Assembly (NCBI GenBank): GCA_964640245.1
Contig: CAZXGR010000017.1
Coordinates: 1-32,787 of the forward strand
Length of the DNA stretch: 32,787 nucleotides
Direction of reading: 5' to 3'
From: an uncultured bacterium
GTDB lineage: Bacteria > Aquificota > Aquificia > Desulfurobacteriales > Desulfurobacteriaceae
Below the pieces are notes generated by a model that saw only the letters and a list, made by a program, of their open reading frames with translations, was not told the DNA's origin and made no database searches. The position numbers and the translations under genes were made by a program. The first letter of the stretch is position 1, and every line of letters begins with the position of its first letter. Shown here piece by piece: positions 28,286 to 32,787 of the stretch.

Positions 28286-29876
28286 TTTCCCTTAGGCTCG
28301 CAATGAAGGGTTTATTTAACTTTGGTTGAAGTTCACACTTTTTAATCTTCTTAATGGCTTCCGGCAAAAGGTCTATTAAATCCCAGGCCTTCATTCCCTC
28401 CTGCGAGAATTTCTCAGCAGCTATATCACCACTAAGGGAATGTAGAAAAACACCAAACTTTGCAGCATTTTCCCTATCTATACCCATGGCCAACAAAGCA
28501 CCTATAATCCCAGTTAAGACGTCACCAGTACCCGCCGTAGCCATACCTGGATTGCCTATAACATTTACATAAACCTTTCCATCCGGCATAGCAACGATTG
28601 TCCTACCACTCTTGAGAACAACCACGGTATCATAATCAACGGCAAAGTTTCCTGCAATTTTAAACGGTTCCTTAAGTATTTCGGCACTTTTCAAACCTGT
28701 AAGCCTCGAGAACTCACCTATATGTGGTGTTATGATTGCTTTTCTACCCTTTAGAAGTTTCGGATCTCCGGCAATCGCATTTATGCCATCTGCATCCAAA
28801 ATTAATGGCTTTGTGGTTTTGGATACAACATCCCTTACAAATTTAACCGTTTCCTCATTTGTTCCAAGCCCCGGACCTAAGGCAACAGCTGAAAACTTTC
28901 CATTTTCGATCGTATCAATTACATCTTTGGATACAGTAGTATCAAAGTATCCCCTATTCGAACTGCCAACAGGAATGGACATTACCTCCGTAAGCTTTAT
29001 CTCCATTATGTCATTTAAGGCTTTTGGAACTACCACAGTTGAAAGTCCTACGCCTGCTCTTAGGGCTGCCATTGCCGTCATCGATGGCGCACCGGTTTTT
29101 CCTGTTGAACCTCCAATCGTGCAAAGGTAACCATAGGTGTACTTATGGCTCATCGTTTCCCTTATTGGATATGTAAAGGCAACATCATCAAGCGTAAGGA
29201 TATACCTACTAAGCCCAAGGGAAAACGGTATATCCTCTGGAATACATATATCGGCAACGTAAACCTTTCCCATATGGTAACAGGCAGGAGCCATTACGTG
29301 AGCTATCTTAGGGTAACCAAATGTAACGGTTACATTGGCTGTGATATGCGATCCTGATAGCTCTCCGGTATCTGAAAAGATACCGGACGGTATATCAACG
29401 GACACAATCGGTCTGTTTGCCTTATTGACAAGCTCCACAAGCTCTCTATAGAAACCTTTGATTGGCTTATTCAGGCCAGTACCAAATAGAGCATCGACAA
29501 TAAAATCAGCATCCTTCAAGAGACTGTAAACCTCGACAAGCCTCTCGGTTTCAGTCACAACGTGTATTGCAACGGGAAGCCTCGAAAGAGCTTCGGCATT
29601 TATCCTTGCATTTCCCTTTAGGCTCTTAATATCCCTTGCAAGGACAACCTCTACGTTGTAACCCATGTTGTACAGGTTTCTTGCCGTGGCAAGCCCATCA
29701 CCACCATTATTACCAGTTCCACATATCACAACAACCGAATTACCTTTCATTTCATTATAGATAGCCTTACAAACACTCCTTGCTGCATTTTCCATAAGAA
29801 CGATACCTGGAATACCCAACGTTTTAATGGTTTCACCGTCAACCCTTGAAATTTCCTCTGCAGTTAGGAGCCTCAT
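28272..29876 (-). CDS. nnr: Bifunctional NAD(P)H-hydrate repair enzyme Nnr (NAD(P)HX epimerase + ADP-dependent dehydratase; YjeF-N/YjeF-C)
   Basis: 534 aa. YjeF-N motifs (VVVICGTGNNGGDG). C-terminal carbohydrate-kinase-like domain (GPGLG, LDADG, GDVLTG). Confidence 0.9.
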   Translation of the reverse strand: MRLLTAEEISRVDGETIKTLGIPGIVLMENAARSVCKAIYNEMKGNSVVVICGTGNNGGDGLATARNLYNMGYNVEVVLARDIKSLKGNARINAEALSRLPVAIHVVTETERLVEVYSLLKDADFIVDALFGTGLNKPIKGFYRELVELVNKANRPIVSVDIPSGIFSDTGELSGSHITANVTVTFGYPKIAHVMAPACYHMGKVYVADICIPEDIPFSLGLSRYILTLDDVAFTYPIRETMSHKYTYGYLCTIGGSTGKTGAPSMTAMAALRAGVGLSTVVVPKALNDIMEIKLTEVMSIPVGSSNRGYFDTTVSKDVIDTIENGKFSAVALGPGLGTNEETVKFVRDVVSKTTKPLILDADGINAIAGDPKLLKGRKAIITPHIGEFSRLTGLKSAEILKEPFKIAGNFAVDYDTVVVLKSGRTIVAMPDGKVYVNVIGNPGMATAGTGDVLTGIIGALLAMGIDRENAAKFGVFLHSLSGDIAAEKFSQEGMKAWDLIDLLPEAIKKIKKCELQPKLNKPFIASLREIVGV

Positions 29877-30406
29877 TTCTCACCTTCCCTTGCTAACCTT
29901 CTTTCGTAAGCCCTCTTAAGTTTCTTATATTTTCCCAATGCCAACATTCTTTGAAGTGGTGAGATTCTATCTATAAAGACTATACCATTTAAATGATCTA
30001 TCTCATGTTGAAAGGCCCGCGCAAGCAACCCTTCACCTTCGATGGTAAAATCCTCTCCTTCCAAATTCTGCGCTCTTACCTTTGCATAAGCAGCCCTTTT
30101 AACCTTTTTATAGAGACCGGGAAGTGAAAGGCAGCCCTCTTCCTTTACCTCTTCACCTTCCATAGCAACGATTTCCGGATTTACAAGGATGATTCTTTCC
30201 TTTCCCTGATCGATCCTTCCAGCATTTAAGTCAATAACCACTAACCTCTTCATTATCCCTACCTGGTTTCCGGCAAGGCCCACACCACCCCTCTTGTACA
30301 TCGTTTCAAACATGGATTCAACGGTATTCTTAAGCTCCTCGTTAAACTTCTCAACCTTTTGCGCCTCTTGCTTCAATCTTTCATCCGGGTAAATTACTAT
30401 TTTCAT
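29873..30406 (-). CDS. def: Peptide deformylase Def
   Basis: 177 aa. Motifs GVGLAGNQVG, EGCLSLPG, QHEIDHLNG. Confidence 0.9.
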   Translation of the reverse strand: MKIVIYPDERLKQEAQKVEKFNEELKNTVESMFETMYKRGGVGLAGNQVGIMKRLVVIDLNAGRIDQGKERIILVNPEIVAMEGEEVKEEGCLSLPGLYKKVKRAAYAKVRAQNLEGEDFTIEGEGLLARAFQHEIDHLNGIVFIDRISPLQRMLALGKYKKLKRAYERRLAREGEK

Positions 30407-31154
30407 CTAAAATCCCCCTAAAAGCCTTAAATGAAGATATTAAATCTAAAACATTCTTGGATTCCAAATTAACTATACAATCTTGGTTTAATTCATGAAT
30501 CTTGCTAAAAATGGTTTTGAAATCCACATTTCCCGTTCCTATCGGTGCATGTTCATCTTTTTTTCCCTTATTATCATGAAGGTGCAGTTCGTATATCCTT
30601 CCCTTAAACTCCTCTATCCAATCACCTATCGGAACATCCGAGAATATGTTTGCATGACCTACATCTATACATGCTCCAACGTTTCTCGGAAGCTCAGACA
30701 AAAGCCTCTTTATGTGAATTGGGCTTTCATCAAAGACATTTTCAAGCGCCATTCTACATCTTGCCTTTGATGAAGCATACGTGAAGGTTTCGACGGTTCT
30801 TTCAAACCAGGTATCATATATCGGACATGTCTTGCTTGGATGAAAGCCTGTGTGAAAAACAATAACCTCAGCCTTCAAAGGATACGATGCCACCACGGCT
30901 TCATCGAATCTATTTCTAGTCACTTCAAGAACACGTTTATCGTATGCTCCGGGATTTAAATCTATAAATGGGGCGTGTATCGTTAAGGATCTATTACCTA
31001 ACATTTCCCTTAAATTTGCAAAATCCTTTAGCGTAGTATTATCCAAAACATCTTGCATAAGCTGAAGTTCAACACCTATACCAAGCTCGATAGCCTTACC
31101 TATGTAACCTTTATCAAATACATTTTTTGCCGGGATATGCCCAACTACCTTCAT
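30381..31154 (-). CDS. Sugar-phosphate isomerase/epimerase (xylose-isomerase-like TIM barrel, AP-endonuclease-2 family)
   Basis: Start chosen at ATG 31154 (MKVVGHIPAK). The long ORF-track 5' extension is probably non-coding. Has the metal-ligand pattern of the family (IHAPF, VFHTG, LENV, DVGHAN, LHLHDN). Confidence 0.65.
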   Translation of the reverse strand: MKVVGHIPAKNVFDKGYIGKAIELGIGVELQLMQDVLDNTTLKDFANLREMLGNRSLTIHAPFIDLNPGAYDKRVLEVTRNRFDEAVVASYPLKAEVIVFHTGFHPSKTCPIYDTWFERTVETFTYASSKARCRMALENVFDESPIHIKRLLSELPRNVGACIDVGHANIFSDVPIGDWIEEFKGRIYELHLHDNKGKKDEHAPIGTGNVDFKTIFSKIHELNQDCIVNLESKNVLDLISSFKAFRGILDENSNLPG

Positions 31155-31206
31155 ATTATACCTTCGATATTTAAATGTATAATTATAACTACTTTTCGGA
31201 GGAAAT

Positions 31207-31836
31207 GTGAACATCCTTGCAGTGGATCTCTGTTTGCCAAGTGGCAGCGTAGCAGTTATTGGCAACAACGGAGTTTTATCGTCATCCATGTGGAATCAGC
31301 CTAGGAAACATGAAGTGCTAGTATTTCCTGAAATTCAAAGGTGCCTTGAAACATCGGAAATTAAACTTAAACCTGATATTGACTTAGTCGTCGTAACCAA
31401 TGGCCCAGGCTCATTTACGGGTGTAAGATTATCCGTATCCATTGCTAAGGGGTTTAGGGAATCAGGCTTAAACGTTTGTTCCGTAACAACTTTAGAAGCA
31501 TTAACCTTTCCGTTCCTAAACTTAAATAGACCTGTTATGGCACTGATATTTGGAAGGAGAAAAAAATTCTACTGCTATATAAGAGATAGGAAAAAAATTT
31601 ACCTTTCGCCATCCGATTTAGAGGTAGAACAGGTTATGGATAACGTTAAAAGCATTCAGCCAATAGTAGTCGCCACCGGCAGTGGGTTGGAAAACTTAAG
31701 CGGTATAGATTTCATTAAATTCAATTACCCCCTCGCAGTATCTGCTGGTCTCTATGCGGCAAGGTATGGCTGCCATGAATCCTTAAAACCCCTATACATA
31801 AGAAACCATGATGCAAAAAGGGGTAAAAATGTCTAA
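31207..31836 (+). CDS. tsaB: tRNA threonylcarbamoyladenosine biosynthesis protein TsaB (YeaZ)
   Basis: 209 aa. GTG start after GGAGG. ILAVDLCLPSGSVAV and NGPGSFTGVRLSVSIAKG motifs of the inactive Kae1/TsaD paralog. Confidence 0.8.
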   Translation: MNILAVDLCLPSGSVAVIGNNGVLSSSMWNQPRKHEVLVFPEIQRCLETSEIKLKPDIDLVVVTNGPGSFTGVRLSVSIAKGFRESGLNVCSVTTLEALTFPFLNLNRPVMALIFGRRKKFYCYIRDRKKIYLSPSDLEVEQVMDNVKSIQPIVVATGSGLENLSGIDFIKFNYPLAVSAGLYAARYGCHESLKPLYIRNHDAKRGKNV

Positions 31837-32740
31837 TGGTATGGTGGTTTTCTTCCTAATTACAGCACTTGGATATCTGTTAAAGCAGATTAGATTTTTC
31901 AATAACGAAGATGCCTTTAGGATTTCGCGCGCCGTTGTTTACATCACACTGCCATCCGTTATCGTTAACGCCATTATGTCAACTAAATTAGAGCCACAAC
32001 TTCTCTTGATATCCGTAGCAGGTTTTGTATCGTCATTGGTGCTTCTATCCATAGGATTCGCTTACTTCCTTAAACTTAAAGCACCAAAAGAAGTTAGAGG
32101 GTCGCTCTCACTTACGTTATCCGGTGTTAACATGACCGTATTTGCCTATCCATTTGCGGAGCTTGCATGGGGAAATAAAGGTGTAACCTACATGTCGATG
32201 TTCAGTTTGGGAAATGCACTTGTGGTCTTTACATTGGGCTATCTTGTAGCGGTATACTATTCATCCGGAAACTTCAGTTTTAGCTTCAGCATAAAAAAAG
32301 TTTTAACATCCCCAATTATAATTGCACTTGTGGTTTCATCGATACTCAACTTTTCCAACATTAGCCTTCCAACCTGTCTTAGTAATACATTTGAAACAAT
32401 TGGAAGGGCAAATACGCCGTTATCCATGATAGCTATTGGGGCATACTTGGATTTTAAAACCGTATTCAAAAGGCTAAGGTACATTGTATATGCTGTCGCT
32501 TTAAAATACGTTGTGGGCTTCATTATAGGCATCATTCTCTATGCTATCCTGCGATTCCTACTACCATCGGATCCTCTATCGTCGAAGGTTGTCCTTATAG
32601 GTGCCGTTATGCCATCAGCTATCATGTCCCTAATGTTTTCAGCTGAGAAGAAGCTTGACCCGGAGGTCGCAAGCGGCATGATTACAGCTACGGTGTCCAT
32701 AAGCTCAGTAATTCTATTCATTATAGCTGGAAAAGCTTAA
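31808..32740 (+). CDS. AEC-family (auxin efflux carrier / malate-permease-like) membrane transporter
   Basis: 310 aa, about 10 TM in two repeat halves. Typical AEC N-terminus (FFLITALGYLLKQIRFF...ISRAVVYITLP). Confidence 0.7.
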   Translation: MMQKGVKMSNGMVVFFLITALGYLLKQIRFFNNEDAFRISRAVVYITLPSVIVNAIMSTKLEPQLLLISVAGFVSSLVLLSIGFAYFLKLKAPKEVRGSLSLTLSGVNMTVFAYPFAELAWGNKGVTYMSMFSLGNALVVFTLGYLVAVYYSSGNFSFSFSIKKVLTSPIIIALVVSSILNFSNISLPTCLSNTFETIGRANTPLSMIAIGAYLDFKTVFKRLRYIVYAVALKYVVGFIIGIILYAILRFLLPSDPLSSKVVLIGAVMPSAIMSLMFSAEKKLDPEVASGMITATVSISSVILFIIAGKA

Positions 32741-32787
32741 GTAACTGATTATATTTAATTTAAATCGGATGCTGGACATCTAAAAAC

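Noticed and set aside
30381-31289. Full 302-aa ORF-track version of the TIM-barrel gene with a 45-aa N-terminal extension (MDDDKTPLLPITATLPLGKQRSTARMF...)
   Set aside because: The extension overlaps the divergent tsaB start and promoter region and has no family similarity. An internal ATG at 31154 gives a normal-length protein (MKVVGHIPAK...).

Overview
This window reads as ordinary core chromosome from a compact, low-GC diderm bacterium, probably thermophilic. I see Lys/Glu/Ile-rich proteins, lipid A/Kdo genes, a TonB-dependent receptor, Hfq and futalosine-pathway menaquinone enzymes. Coding density is about 95%, with many 4-100 nt gene overlaps. I found no rRNA, tRNA, CRISPR, transposase, integrase, phage or recognisable defence genes. 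Gene order, left to right: tandem radical-SAM MqnC/MqnE paralogs, an AGOG-like DNA glycosylase, a single-cluster ferredoxin with an Arg-Gly repeat tail, yggS on the minus strand, a BirA-operator-controlled bioY-DUF1284-bioB cluster, birA translationally coupled to a BtuB-like TonB-dependent receptor, a PHP phosphoesterase, a hypothetical membrane protein, then a long co-directional run of hisS, dxr, cobO, a 52-aa small ORF, queE, waaA, lpxK, lpxL, miaA, hfq, an unknown 476-aa protein and rqcH. After that come a BI-1/YccA protein (minus), gyrB, a GGCT-like protein, phoU, an SPFH protein and an orphan ABC-3 permease. A minus-strand operon follows (iron-sulfur flavoprotein Isf, NtrY-like sensor with a degenerate kinase core, Nnr, Def, a TIM-barrel sugar-phosphate isomerase), then tsaB and an AEC transporter. 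I found no obvious novel multi-gene system. The points most worth a second look are the ferredoxin-RGG fusion, the DUF1284 gene inside the biotin operon, the birA-coupled TonB receptor, the NtrY-like pseudokinase and the hfq-unknown-rqcH operon.
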